From: Selaginella moellendorffii
Taxonomy: Eukaryota; Plantae; Lycopodiophyta
Direction of reading: 5' to 3'
DNA length: 64,000 nt
NCBI RefSeq assembly: GCF_000143415.4
Contig: NW_003314324.1
Span: forward strand, 124,001 to 188,000
Positions 37,365-49,570 of this stretch are shown here, piece after piece. Position 1 is the stretch's first letter. Each line of letters starts with the position of its first letter. Under the pieces are notes generated by a model. It was not told the origin of the DNA, did not search any database, and saw only the letters and a list, made by a program, of their open reading frames with translations. The position numbers and the translations under genes are program-made.

Positions 37365-37990
37365 TCCGAGATGGACTCAAGTTGGAGTCCGAAGTGGAGT
37401 CCGAGATGGACTCGAGTTGGAGTCCAAAGTGGAGTCCGAGATGGACTCGAGTTGGAGTCCGAAGTGGAGTCCGAGATGGACTCGAGTTGGAGTCCGAAGT
37501 GGAGTCCGAGATGGACCCGAGTTGGAGTCCGAAGTGGAGTCCGAGATGGACCCGAGATGGAGTCCGAGGTGGACCCAAGATGGACCCGAAATGGAGTCCG
37601 AGATGGAGTCCGAGGTGGACCCGAGATGGACCCGAAATGGAGTCCAAGATGGAGTCCGAGATGGACCCGAGATGGAGTCCGAGATGGACCCGAAATGGAG
37701 TCCGAGGTGGACCCGAGATGGACCCGAAATGGAGTCCGAGATGGAGTCCGAGATGGACCCGAGATGGACCCGAAATGGACCCGAAATGGAGTCCAAGATG
37801 GACCCGAGATGGAGTCCGAGATGGACCCGAGATGGAGTCCGAGATGGAGTCCGAAGTCGAGACCGAGACCGGGACCGAGACCGAGACCGAGACCGAGATC
37901 GGGACCGAGAACGAGACCGAGGCCAAGGCCGAGACCGAGCCCGAGCCCGAGTCCGAGTCCGAGTCCGAGTCCGAGTCCGAGTTCGAGTCT
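37365..37990 (+). repeat. Minisatellite inside the C LTR (GAGATGGACCC / GAGATGGAGTCC 11-12-mers grading into GAGACC/GAGTCC hexamers)
   Basis: Directly visible. Also at 43334-43950 and, inverted, at ~48943-49360. Confidence 0.95.
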
Positions 37991-40900
37991 GAGAGGGTGA
38001 AAGCCCAAAGCGTTCATCTCCCAGACCCTGGGGGGTTTGGTGAGCTCCAAAAGTATAGTAGGGGGGAGGACTGCAGTGGAGCCAGTTTGGCCAGGAAAGG
38101 CCAGTTTGGCCCAGGAAGGCCAGACCCAGTGTTGGGTGATGAGCTGCCCACTGGGAAGTCCAAGACTAGAGTGAACACAGACTGACAAGTGGGGTAGCTT
38201 GGTGAAGTGTTCAAGAGCCGGCTCTAGTTCCCCCGGGAGATCGACTGGCCGATGCTCCCAGTCNNNNNNNNNNNNNNNNNNNNNNNNNNNNNNNNNNNNN
38301 NNNNNNNNNNNNNNNNNNNNNNNNNNNNNNNNNNNNNNNNNNNNNNNNNNNNNNNNNNNNNNNGAGAGTACCCAGGTGGCTCGCGTAAGGCCACGGTGTT
38401 CCGAAAGGTTGTCCCAAAGGCCCAGACTGTGGAAAGGAAGAGGAGCAGTCCTCTGGGGTAGTGACCAAGGACACAGTCGTGTGGTGAGGAAGTCCCAGAG
38501 GACCATGGGACTTAGTGGTCGGGCCTGTGGGTCTCGATCCAGTGGCAGTGTTGGCAAACACGGCCAGGGGCAGAAAGGGACTTAGTGGGGACTGACAGAG
38601 GGATATTGGGGAAGGCTATTCCCCTTGTCGGTGGGCATCCTAAGGATGCTAAGGAGTGGATCTGAGATGACCACTCACGGATGGTTTGCCTAGTCTTGGA
38701 GGGCCAAGACGGTGATGCAAGTGGTGTTGGACCACCAGTGTGACTAAGGTAAATGGGCATGGCCTTAGCGTAACGGGCCGGTACGTTGGTGATACCTTGG
38801 GGTGTCGATCATGGGATCGGACACGTGGAGCACTTGGACCAAGTGCTAAGGTTGAGTGGCATGGATGCCATTCTCGGGGCTAGCAAGCCCCAAGTCCTGA
38901 GTTGGACTTATGGAGGTTGTCAATGAGACTCCTCCAAGTGGTCAGAGGTGTGGTTAAGTGACTAAAGTAAAATGCAAAATTTAGTCGCTTACAACTTGGT
39001 ATCGGAGCTGTTCCTTAGTCCGACTTTTATTGGTGCTCAAGTATATCACCACTAGTGTTGGCATCGGAAGGTCCGAGGAGTGGGCCTATCCTTGAGGAGT
39101 AGCAAGTCGGGAAGACATGGCTCTCCATTACAGTTCATGTGTGAACTTGTAGACGAGGTGGTGGATAGAAAAGGGCCAATAATGGAACGACTTTGGGATC
39201 TTGGGAACAGTGCAAGGTTTTCCTCATTGAGTTGAGGATGTGATCCGGATGAGCATTTGTCTCAGCAAATTGGCTAAGGTTGTTGTGGTAAACAACTAAA
39301 GTTGGGATCATGGGAAAGATAGAGACTCCAAAACAATAAAGGAGTCACAAGATTATCCTCATATAGTTGAGGTTGGTGCTCATGAATGTGAGACCAAAGG
39401 TAATGACTGTGGGAGGTCAAATACGGAAGAGGACTCAAGTCCTTGAAATGGTAGCCGGGGCTACCTTTAATAAATGCTGGAAAAACCCAAGGAATTGGGG
39501 GGTGTACTTAGAGATGAGTTGGTATTCTCATCACATGGACAAGTAGTCCTAAGGGGCAAAGGTTGCCTAGAGAACAAAATCAAGTGTCGGAGTAACACTT
39601 GTGAAAATAGTCCTTTTGAGTAGGACAGGAATGCAAGAAGTGTATTCCAGTGAGCTAGTGCCTCACAAGTAGGACCTTACATGTCTGTGGATTAACCAAG
39701 TCCAAAACTGCTGGATGACTCAAGTAGAGTCAAGGGATGGTCCTAAAAGGACTGATGGAAGCATTTGGACTAATGTGTGTTGTACCCCACAAAGGATTGG
39801 GGGGGATCATAGGATCCAAGGATGAGAACAGAGGGTATTTCATTGATGGCAAAATGTGCTATGCTAAAGTTATGGGAAAGGTGTTCCCAGAAGAAAACAA
39901 CTTTGACATAAAGTTGTGTGTGACCTCTATAGGGCAGTGCTAATGGATGGTTGGCATGAGAAAGAGCGGTGTTGGTCTTGGCAAAGACTTAGACACGAAG
40001 GGGAAATGTCATAGAGGTAGGCTCGTGGAGCCGATGGTGTGGAGACACCAAATGTGCCAAGGTGTGATACCTTAAGGCTATGTTGGTGGGTTCATGAGAA
40101 CCCCTTGCCAAAGGAATCCCAATGGAAATGGGAATGGCATAGCCTAAGCTGCAGAGCATGCAATTGGAGTGTGGTGACCCAGATAATGATGGAGGTGTGA
40201 AAGCACCAAGCAATGAGTTGTAGGACTTGACAACTATGAGGCAACTAAGCCAGAGGTGCAAAATAACTGGTTAAACGGGTAGAAGGTAGCTACCTAAGAC
40301 TTCTTAATAGCATAAGGAAGTTGGATATACCCTTACGGGGGATAAGTTGCTTGTGTTGCGATATAGTAAGTCAATGTCATAAAAGGAAATACTCGTTGTC
40401 AAGAAAGCCATCATTGGGACACCCGGACACTCTAGAACACTAGAAGGTGGTGTTTGATGTCGCGAGGGCAATGGATAAAGCCCAAGGGACTAAGTCCCTA
40501 GTGAATGATGGATAGAAGGTGCTATCCAAATGTCCAAGGTTGCGGAGACAGGAGAGGACTGTCTACCCGAGTTGGACAAAGCCAAAAATGGAATTTTGGC
40601 AAGGCTAGTGATGGGCATGTAAAGGCCCATAAGCAACAATGTAATCCCAGTGTGTGAGATTATAAGGTGAGCATACCCGGATTGAGGAACCACTCCCTAG
40701 GCTACTGGGTAGGTTCATCCCTAAGAATACTTGCTAAAGCGTGATAGAAAGTGCAAAGCTATTCTCCTGGTCTGGAGGAGAATGACCAAAGGAAAGGTGT
40801 GAAGCCAAAAAGCAAGGAGTAAGGGGATAGAACCGAACCATAGGAATCAAAGGGCATAACCAAGGTTGGTTATGCCAGCTGAGAGTGGAGAATTAAGTGG

Positions 40901-43333
40901 GGGCTCAAGGGTGTTGCCGCTAGCAACCGTGATGCCATGGAGAGTCTAAAATATGGAATTGTCCATGTTAGACTATGTGGCATTTTGAAAGCTTGCAAAA
41001 AGGGAGGCCTTAGCAAGCTGAGGGACAGAGTTCCTTCAAGGTTCCCAAAGACGATTCCAGGTAGCTTAGTACCTAGAAAGGCCAAGTGTAAATGGTTCAT
41101 GGAACGCGCGAAATCAGAGTGGCGCAGCAGAAGCGTGGTCTTGAAGCTTGCCATGAGGCAAGGCTATCAAGGTTAGGGAAGTAGTTCCCGAGTGTTCAAA
41201 GAGAGGGCTTTGAACGAAAGTCGATGGTCAAGGACTTTCACGCTTATGCAGGAACCATGTTACCGTGGTCGGAGGACTTGCCAAGCGAGATTGGCACGTC
41301 GGGGGAACAAATACCCTAGTTGAAGGTGATAACTTCAAAAAGGGTGGGCCATGGGGCCAAGCATGGAGGAGTCCATGCATGATCACAGACATGTCAAGTG
41401 AGAGGACTTGGCAGTGTGGAGGAACTAGGTTCTTAAACTGTGATCTGTAGCGCGCTTTAAAAATAAGTTGGTGCACCGGCGTGGGGAGTCACGCCAGGCA
41501 TCTTGTGTGATGCCGTCCGTAGATGCATATACGGAGGTTGGGTTCGAGTCCCGACCCTCTAGTGCTTGGGTTCGAGTCCCAAATCACTAGGGCGTGGTGA
41601 TGGTTTGGAATATGAGGACACTCCTATTTCGGTGGTCATGGACTCTCAGTGGGGAAACTGGTTTGGGCACACCGCCAAGCGAGGGATGCCTCGGAGTCGT
41701 GATGCACGGTTAGATTGCTTAGTGTGAAAGCTCGGCATATCTAACTTGAACGCTTTGGTGCAAGTGGCACCAAGGACGTGGTGAGTGAGATGGGGACACC
41801 TAATCTCAGTTGCTATGGACCCTTGGCCGGAAGGGCTGGCTTGGGCACACCGCCAAGTGTGGGGGATGCCCCCGGGGTCGTAGTTAACAAGTTAAAGGTC
41901 TGGAAGACCTAGTACTTATTGGCAAACCTGTTAAGGTGTCGAGGTGAGATCACTAGGTGATCTTGTGGCTAAATAGGGACAAGGTCCTTGTTTGGGTTAA
42001 GGAATAAGGTTCCTAGTTCAAAGTGTTGATTTGAACTATTGATGATGGTGTGGCTTGGTCAAGGTGACCAAGTGGGAAAAGCACCTTAGGGAAATGAGCT
42101 ATGTCATTGCGATGGCATAGTGTGTCCAAGGAAAGTAGTCTCTAAAGAGACCCATGAGAGGGTCACAAAGTTGGGCCGAGGATAGAGCCCACAGCAAAAG
42201 ATGCTAAAAGAGACTTACTAGGGGTGAACACCCTAGTCTTGGCAAAGCAGAGCCTTTGCTATGGAATCAAAAGAATACCTCAAGGAGGGAGGTAGAGATT
42301 CGATGTTGCTTGGTGGACCAATCAACGGATAGGAGCAAAAGATGAGTGGCCAAGATAGGGCCGTGGAATCCCTGGGAAGGAATCCAAGTGACAAAGTTAG
42401 GCAAGGAACACTAATGTGTTGGACGCTAACAAATTGCGGGAAAGGAAGTGTGTTTCCAAGGATGGATTCTGAATTGCTCCGATTTGGCGAAAGTGGAAGC
42501 TCCAAGGGAGGGAGCGGTAAGGTAGCCAAATGATAGGGCGATGGACAACCCTAGCACAAAGTGTGATAAATGGAACTTAGTGCCCAAGGTGGCACGAAAT
42601 AGAAGAGAGGATGATGGTGCCCTCAAGTAATGAACTTCCTAGGATAGGGAAGTGGAGTCGCACAATCTGTGCAATGCAAGGTGTTGGAGACACCTAGGAA
42701 ATTGACTTCCAAAAGTCAAAAGAGTAAAAGTTCCAAGGTGCAAACATTCACTAGAAGGAAATTGAGACTACTCAAGAAGGAGTAGTGGGATTGACTTAGA
42801 GAAGGGTCTTTAAGAGGTTTAGCGAGAATTAAACCAATAAAAGGAGAGAACCACTACATGTGGTCCAATCAGTCTCTAAGTTGGGGAGACTACCCTCCTT
42901 AGAGGATAGGCAAGGCATGGTGAGCCTTTGGTGTCAAACCATTGAGGCATATGTAAAAGGCATGGTGAGCCTTCAATGTCAAACCATTGACAAATATTGG
43001 CTAGGTGCCAAGGATGGAAATGGTAACACATGTGAGTGTTACTTTACAAAATGGTTTACCGTTCGATGAGGACATCGAACTTCGTCTATGGGTGGTGGAG
43101 TTGTGAGACACAAAATCCCTAGGCCCCAAAGTGGAGCCGGAAAGGGTGCCACGTGGTAGTGGCTGAAGCGAGAGCCAAACGAGCGTAACACGTTTGGACC
43201 AAAAGCTCCGACTTGAAAAGTCAAGAGCGGGAGTGGAACTCCCAAAGAAGTGCTCAAGGAACGAGCACGAAGCGAGCAAAAAGCAAGGCTCCAAAAAGGG
43301 ACCCAAAAGGACCAACACATGACACGTGGAAGT

Positions 43334-43950
43334 GTCCGAGATGGACTCGAGTTGGAGTCCGAAGTGGAGTCCGAGATGGACTCGAGTTGGAGTCCAAATT
43401 GGAGTCCGAGATGGACTCGAGTTGGAGTCCGAAGTGGAGTCCGAGATGGACTCGAGTTGGAGTCCGAAGTGGAGTCCGAGATGGACCCGAGTTGGAGTCC
43501 GAAGTGGAGTCCGAGATGGACCCGAGATGGAGTCCGAGGTGGACCCGAGATGGACCCGAAATGGAGTCTGAGATGGAGTCCGAGGTGGACCCGAGATGGA
43601 CCCGAAATGGAGTCCAAGATGGAGTCCGAGATGGACCCGAGATGGAGTCCGAGATGGACCCGAAATGGAGTCCGAGGTGGACCCGAGATGGACCCGAAAT
43701 GGAGTCCGAGATGGACCCGAGATGGACCCGAAATGGAGTCCGAGATGGACCCAAGATGGAGTCCGAGATGGACCCGAGATGGAGTCCGAGATGGAGTCTG
43801 AGATGGAGTCCAAAGTCGAGACCGAGACCGGGACCGAGACCGAGACTGAGACCGAGATCGGGACCGAGAACGAGACCGAGGCCGAGGCCGAGACCGAGGC
43901 CGAGCCCGAGTCCGAGTCTGAGTCCGAGTCCGAGTCCGAGTTTGAGTCTG
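43334..43950 (+). repeat. Same minisatellite in the 3' LTR of C
   Basis: Same units with slightly different arrangement. Confidence 0.95.
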
Positions 43951-45142
43951 AGAGGGTGAAAGCCCAAAGCGTTCGTCTCCCAGACCCTGGGGGGTTTGGT
44001 GAGCTCCAAAAGTATAGTAGGGGGGAGGACTGCTGTTGAGCCAGTTTGGCCAGGAAAGGCCAGTTTGGCCCAGGAAGGCCAGACCCAGTGTTGGGTGATG
44101 AGCTGCCCACTGGGAAGTCCAAGACTAGAGTGAACACAGACCGACAAGTGGGGTAGCTTGGTGAAGTGTTCAAGAGCCGGCTCTAGTTCCCCCGGGAGAT
44201 CGACTGGCCGATGCTCCCAGTCCAAGTGTGGGTGGCACTACCTACTTGGATACCTGGTGTGGCTCAACGGAACCCGCTCTAAGCCCATGGCTAGAGCACC
44301 CAAGGGCAGAAGGCGAGGAGAGTACCCAGGTGGCTCGCGTAAGGCCACGGTGTTCCGAAATGTTGTCCCAAAGGCCCAGACTGTGGAAAGGAAGAGGAGC
44401 AGTCCTCTGGGGTAGTGACCAAGGACATAGTCGTGTGGTGAGGAAGTCCCAGAGGACCATGGGACTTAGTGGTCGGGCCTGTGGGTCTCGATCCAGTGGC
44501 AGTGTTGGCAAACACGGCCAGGGGCAGAAAGGGACTTAGTGGGGACTGACAGAGGGATATTGGGGAAGGCTATTCCCCTTGTCGGTGGGCATCCTAAGGA
44601 TGCTAAGGAGTGGATCTGAGATGACCACTCAGGGATGGTTTGCCTAGTCTTGGAGGGCCAAGACGGAGATGCAAGTGGTGTTGGACCACCAGTGTGACCA
44701 AGGTAAATGGGCATGGCCTTAGCGTAACGGGCCGGTACGTCGGTGATACCTTGGGGTGTCGATCATGGGATCGGACACGTGGAGCACTTGGACCAAGTGC
44801 TAAGGTTGAGTGGCATGGATGCCATTCTCGGGGCTAGCAAGCCCCAAGTCCTGAGTTGGACTTATGGAGGTTGTCAATGAGACTCCTCCAAGTGGTCAGA
44901 GGTGTGGTTAAGTGACTAAAGTAAAATGCAAAATTTAGTCGCTTACAGTTACCCGCAGTGGAGGCATTCATGGCGGAAAGACTCAACATTTGGAATCTAG
45001 TGAGGGATTCCTTGGAACGGGCTCAACAAAGGCAAACCAAGTACGCGAACCAAAAGCACCGAGATGTAGAGTTCCAAGTTGGGGAGAAGGTGACCAAGAA
45101 CCTCAGGCTACCAAGTGGGATCAGCCGGAAGTTGACCCAAAG

Positions 45143-45193
45143 GTAAAATGCATGTATTCCTGTAAATGAATTGATCTTGAGTTCCTTAAGAAG
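45143..45193 (+). other. 51-nt GT-AG intron-like insert in the D integrase GPY/F module
   Basis: CAAAG|GTAAAA...TTAAGAAG|GTTC contains an in-frame stop. Removal gives RKLTQRFAGPYEI. Confidence 0.75.
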
Positions 45194-47925
45194 GTTCGCG
45201 GGGCCTTACGAGATTGAGGCACGAATCGGTAAAGTGGCTTACCGTCTCCGACTTCCTCGAGAGATGGGGAAGATGCACCCAGTGTTCCACGTGAACTTAC
45301 TCAATCCGTACATTGAGGATCCGCTTCGCAAGAACCAAGTAAGACCTTCACCTGAGGTTATCCAAGGGGAAGAGGAATATGAAGTCGAGGCCATCTTCAA
45401 TGCGCGCAAGAGCAAGTGACAAAGACGCGAGGTGAGAGAGTTCCATGTGAAGTGGAAAGGATTTCCACACTATGAAGCAACATGGGAACCAGAGGAAAAC
45501 CTAGCGAATGCATGAGATCTAGTGGAGGAATTTCTGCAAGGCAGAACTCTATGTACTTATGCAAAGTTCAATTAAAGTATCAATTTGCGAAGTTGAGTAG
45601 TGACATATGTTGGGACCTGAAGGCACGTCGAAGGTAAGCTAATTAGCATGGGTTAGCTAGGTCGACCAAGTGTAGGGCACTACACCCAACTCCCCGTGGG
45701 GATGTCGAATCCATAGACGTATTCTACGGAGGTTGGGTTCGAGTCCCAACCCCCTAGTAAAGCAAGGCTGGGTTCAAGTCTCGACCTCATACTAGGGCGT
45801 GGTGAGGTGAGGGGTATAGGGACACCTATATTCCGTTGTCATGGGCTCTTGGCCGGGGAGGCTAACTTAGGCACACCGCTAAGTGGGGGGATGCCCCCGG
45901 AGACATGGTCAACAACTCGTATGATAAAAAGAGACGTTCGATGTGGGCATTGAACTTCTTCCATAGGTGGTGGAGTTGTAAGGAACTGACTCCCCGAGGT
46001 GTCGTAGGCTAAAGGATCCCCGAAAGCATAACCAAAATGACAAAGAGTTCATCGGATGGGACCGAGTTGAAGATTGAGTCCAAGACCGACTCTGAGACCG
46101 AGTTCGAGATAGGTCCGGGATCGAGTCCGAGGCCGAATCGGAGACTGAGTTCGAGACAAAGTTTGAGATCCGAATCGGGTCCAAGACCAAGTCCGAGGTC
46201 AAGTTCGAAGTCGAGTCCAAGATCGGGTCTGAGATCAAGTCCAAGATTGAGTCCGAGACCGAGTCCAAAGTCGGATCCGAGATCAAGTTCGAGACCGAGT
46301 CCGAATACTAATACGGGTCAAGGGGTGAAAGCCCAAAGCGTGCGTCTCCTAGGGCGGGGGGGGGGCTGCAGGGGGTTCCAAAAGTATAGTAGGGATAGTG
46401 AGGTCCAGGAACCAGTCTTGAAGGAACTCTCCAGTGGTGCTTCCAAATTGACTTGAGGTTGAGACTGGGGCCAAAGGGCCTTGGGTGGGAGTGAGCATGG
46501 GCTTGGATGGTGCGGAGGGGCCACCTAGGGAAGTGCTCAAGAGTAACTCCCACTCCTGAAAGGGAAACCGACTATGGTGCTCCCGGCTCATGTGGAGTGG
46601 TGCCCCACTTGAGTACCTTGTGGCTTATTGGTCCTTGCCCTTCCTAGGGGCTTGGGCCCTCCCTTCGGGATGGAAGTGGGGGGGTAGAGGTACCCATACC
46701 GGGCCGTTAGGCCACGGTGTTTCGCCCCGATGTCCCGAAGCAAATGTTGCACCCAAGGCTTGGGATTTAGAGGGTCCTATGATCAAGTCTTGTTGTACCA
46801 AGAGGTGTTAGGAACATGGAGGCTTGGTGTGCTTGGTTGCTTGTGCCTGCAGGGAGTGTAGCCGAACCTTAAGTCTAGTCCAACCCGGGGAGGGGGATTG
46901 GGAGAGATTTGGGAATTCATGGATGGGTGGTTAACACTCCGTTGTTTGTGTAGTGAGTAGCTAAAACCAAATAGGACCAAGTAGGAGCTGGTACAATAAG
47001 TAGGAACCTTGGCGAGGGAACTTAGCACAAGCTAAGGCAGTGTTGGTCAGATAGACGAGGTAAGCTAGCAAATTGGAAAGGAAAAATTTGTGACTTACAA
47101 CACCCTCACTATCATATCCTTTGTGTTAGTCTCAATTTGGTCCCAAATGTTATTTATAAAAAGTGTCTAGATTTGCTCATTTAGCATATCTCTGGAATGT
47201 AGAGATTGTCTTGAACACAATGGTGTTCGTGTCGTGTCCAAAACATGTGTTCCTCAGGGGGGGGGGGGGGAACGGGATGTGGGGTATTCCAAATGTATAG
47301 TAGGGATAGTGGGTAGATTGAGCATGGGTGACAAACTTAAGGCATAGTTTAGCTCCCCCTTGTGTGTCTGTTTCTTTGTTCTGCATCCAGCTTAGGTCTA
47401 AGCCCAAGTTCCACACCATACTAGCTGGTGGAGTACTCATATCCTTGCATTAGGCCACTAGTATGCTGAAATAGTGTCAAACTCCATTTAACTCTGTTTT
47501 GCGTGGTAGTCTTGGCATTAGGATGCTAGATGCTCTAAGACTGTTCCAAGTTGCTCCACACTCCTGTTCTTTTGCTCCTTAGGCTGTATGCTCAAGAGTC
47601 ATTCTGTGCTCTAGTGGCATTACTCCTTGGCTCCATACTTGGGAGTTTGGCATTGTTCTTTCATTCAGTGGCCCAAGGCCCTAAAACTTGCGTTCTGCAC
47701 CACTATCCTTTGGACACGTGGTATGTGGCATGTGGGATATGACACGTGGCATGTAGAGAGTTTAGGTTTCTCTTCATGGTTATCCTAAGGTAAATCACCA
47801 TAGGATAAAGGGTAAAAATCACATGCACTACATTTGGTATCAAAGGATACGTCTCACGAGTACTATCCGATGAGATTGGGCAACTAGTTTCGTTACATAC
47901 ACAAAGATGAAAACGATGATTCGAG

Positions 47926-49570
47926 TGTAAGTGACTAATTTTTCCATTCTAGTTTAGTCACTTAACCACACCTCCGACCACTTGGAAGAGTCTTACTCAC
48001 AACCTCCATAAGTTCTATTCCGGACTTGGGCATACTAGCCCCGAGAATGGCATCCCCGCCACTCAACCTTTGCACTTGGCCCAAGTGCTCCACATGTCCG
48101 ATCCCAAGACCGACACCCAAAGGTACTACTAACATATCAGCTTGTTAGCTAAGGCCATGCCCATTCACTTTTGCTACACTGGTGGTCCAATACCACTTGC
48201 ATCACAGTCTTGCCTCTCCAAAACTGGGCCATCCATCCATGAGTGGTCATCCCAGATCCACTCTTTAGCATCCTTAGGATGCCTACAGACATAGGGAATA
48301 GCCTTCCCCAATATCCCTTTGTCAATTCCTACCAAGTCCCTTTTCTATCCATGGCTATGTTCGCCAACACTGCCACTAGATCAAGGCCCGCAAGCTCGGC
48401 CACTAAGTCCCATTGTCCTCTGGAACTTCTTCACCACATGGCCATATCCTTAGTCACTACACTAGAGGACTGTTCCTCCTCCTTTCCTTAATTTGGGACT
48501 TCGGGATAACATTTCAAAACACTATGGCCCTACGCAAGCCCCGTGGGTACTCTCCCCACCTTCTGCATTTAGGTGCTCTAGCCATGGGCTTAGAGCGAGG
48601 TTCCATTGAGCCATGCCAGGTATCCAAGTAGCTAGTGCCACCCACACTTGGACTAGGAGCATCGGCCATTTGATCTCCCAGGGGAACTAGAGCTGGCTCT
48701 TGAATACTTCACCAAGTTACCCCACTTGTCAGTTCGTATTCACTCTAGCCTTGGACGTCCCAGTGGCTATCCCATCACCCAACATCTGGGTACAGCCTTC
48801 TTGGGCCAAACTAGCCTTTCCGGGCCAAACTGGCCTTTCCTAGCCAAACTGGCTCCACTGGAGTCCTCCCCTACTATACTTTTGGAGCTCACCAAACCTC
48901 CCAGGGTTTGGGAGATGAATGCTTTGAGCTTTCACCCTCTTAGACTCGAACTCGGACTCGGACTTGGACTCAGACTCGGACTCGGATTCGGACTTGGGCT
49001 CGGTCTTGGCCTCGCCCTTGGTCTTGGCCTCACCCTTGGTCTTGGCCTTGGCCTCGGTCTCGGTCTCAGTCCCAGTCTCGATCTTGGTCTCAGTCCCGGT
49101 CTCGGTCTCGGTCTCGACTTCGGACTCCATCTCGGGTCCTTCTCGGATTCCATCTCGGGTCCATTTCGGACTCCATCTCGGGTCCATCTCAGTCCATCTC
49201 GGACTCCATCTCAGTCCATCTCGGACTCCATCTCGGGTCCATCTCGGACTCCATCTCAGTCCATCTCGGACTCCATCTCGGGTCCATCTCGGACTCCATC
49301 TCGGGTCCATCTCAAGCTCCATCTCGGGTCCATCTCGGACTCCATCTCGGGTCCATCTTGGTCCTCTTGTGTCTCTTTTCTAGAGACTCACTTATTGCTC
49401 ATTTCATGCTTGTTCCTCGAACACTTCATTGGGAGTTCCACTCCCGCTTTCGACTTTTCAAATTGGAGCTTTTAATCCAAATGTGTTATGTTTGTTTGGC
49501 TTTCGCTTTGGCCACTACCACATGGCACCCTTTTGGCTCCACTTTGGGGCTTAGGGATTTGTGTCTCACT
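47926..49570 (-). mobile_element. Solo LTR of family C
   Basis: Reverse complement of 43102-44947 with a shorter minisatellite. TSD TCGAG/CCGAG. Confidence 0.9.

Larger units (their letters stand above)
37132..44947 (+). mobile_element. Non-autonomous LTR element (LARD-like), family C, inserted in the D integrase
   Basis: Near-identical ~1.85 kb LTRs at 37132-38993 and 43102-44947, TSD GTTAC, PBS TGGTATCGGAGC, PPT GGGTGGTGGAGT. The 4.1 kb interior has no ORF much over 100 aa. Confidence 0.94.
33345..47099 (+). mobile_element. Ty3/Gypsy chromovirus family D (5' LTR lost; 3' LTR 45977-47099), interrupted by element C
   Basis: Gag (KPPPIFKG...DNAKSWW; CYNCGKA*HFLREC), PR (FIDMGASDNF), RT (YIDDILIYS), RH (ETDASDVALGAVL), INT (HHCC, MDFI, SDRD, GPY) and chromodomain EYEVEAI...FHVKWKGF..YEATWEPEENL (~45373-45540). 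PPT AGGTGGTGGAGT. Confidence 0.93.

Noticed and set aside
37365-37990. CRISPR-like appearance of regular repeats
   Set aside because: There are no unique spacers and no cas genes, and the context is a eukaryotic LTR.
37118-38557. Long overlapping ORFs (up to 479 aa; also 43001-44225, 48726-49475, 29434-29724)
   Set aside because: They arise from stop-free minisatellite units inside LTRs, are open in many frames on both strands, and one runs through an N-gap.
41536-41590. tRNA genes at GGTTCGAGTCC motifs (also ~45730)
   Set aside because: No D arm, anticodon arm or acceptor stem. They are treated as part of the structured cassette instead.
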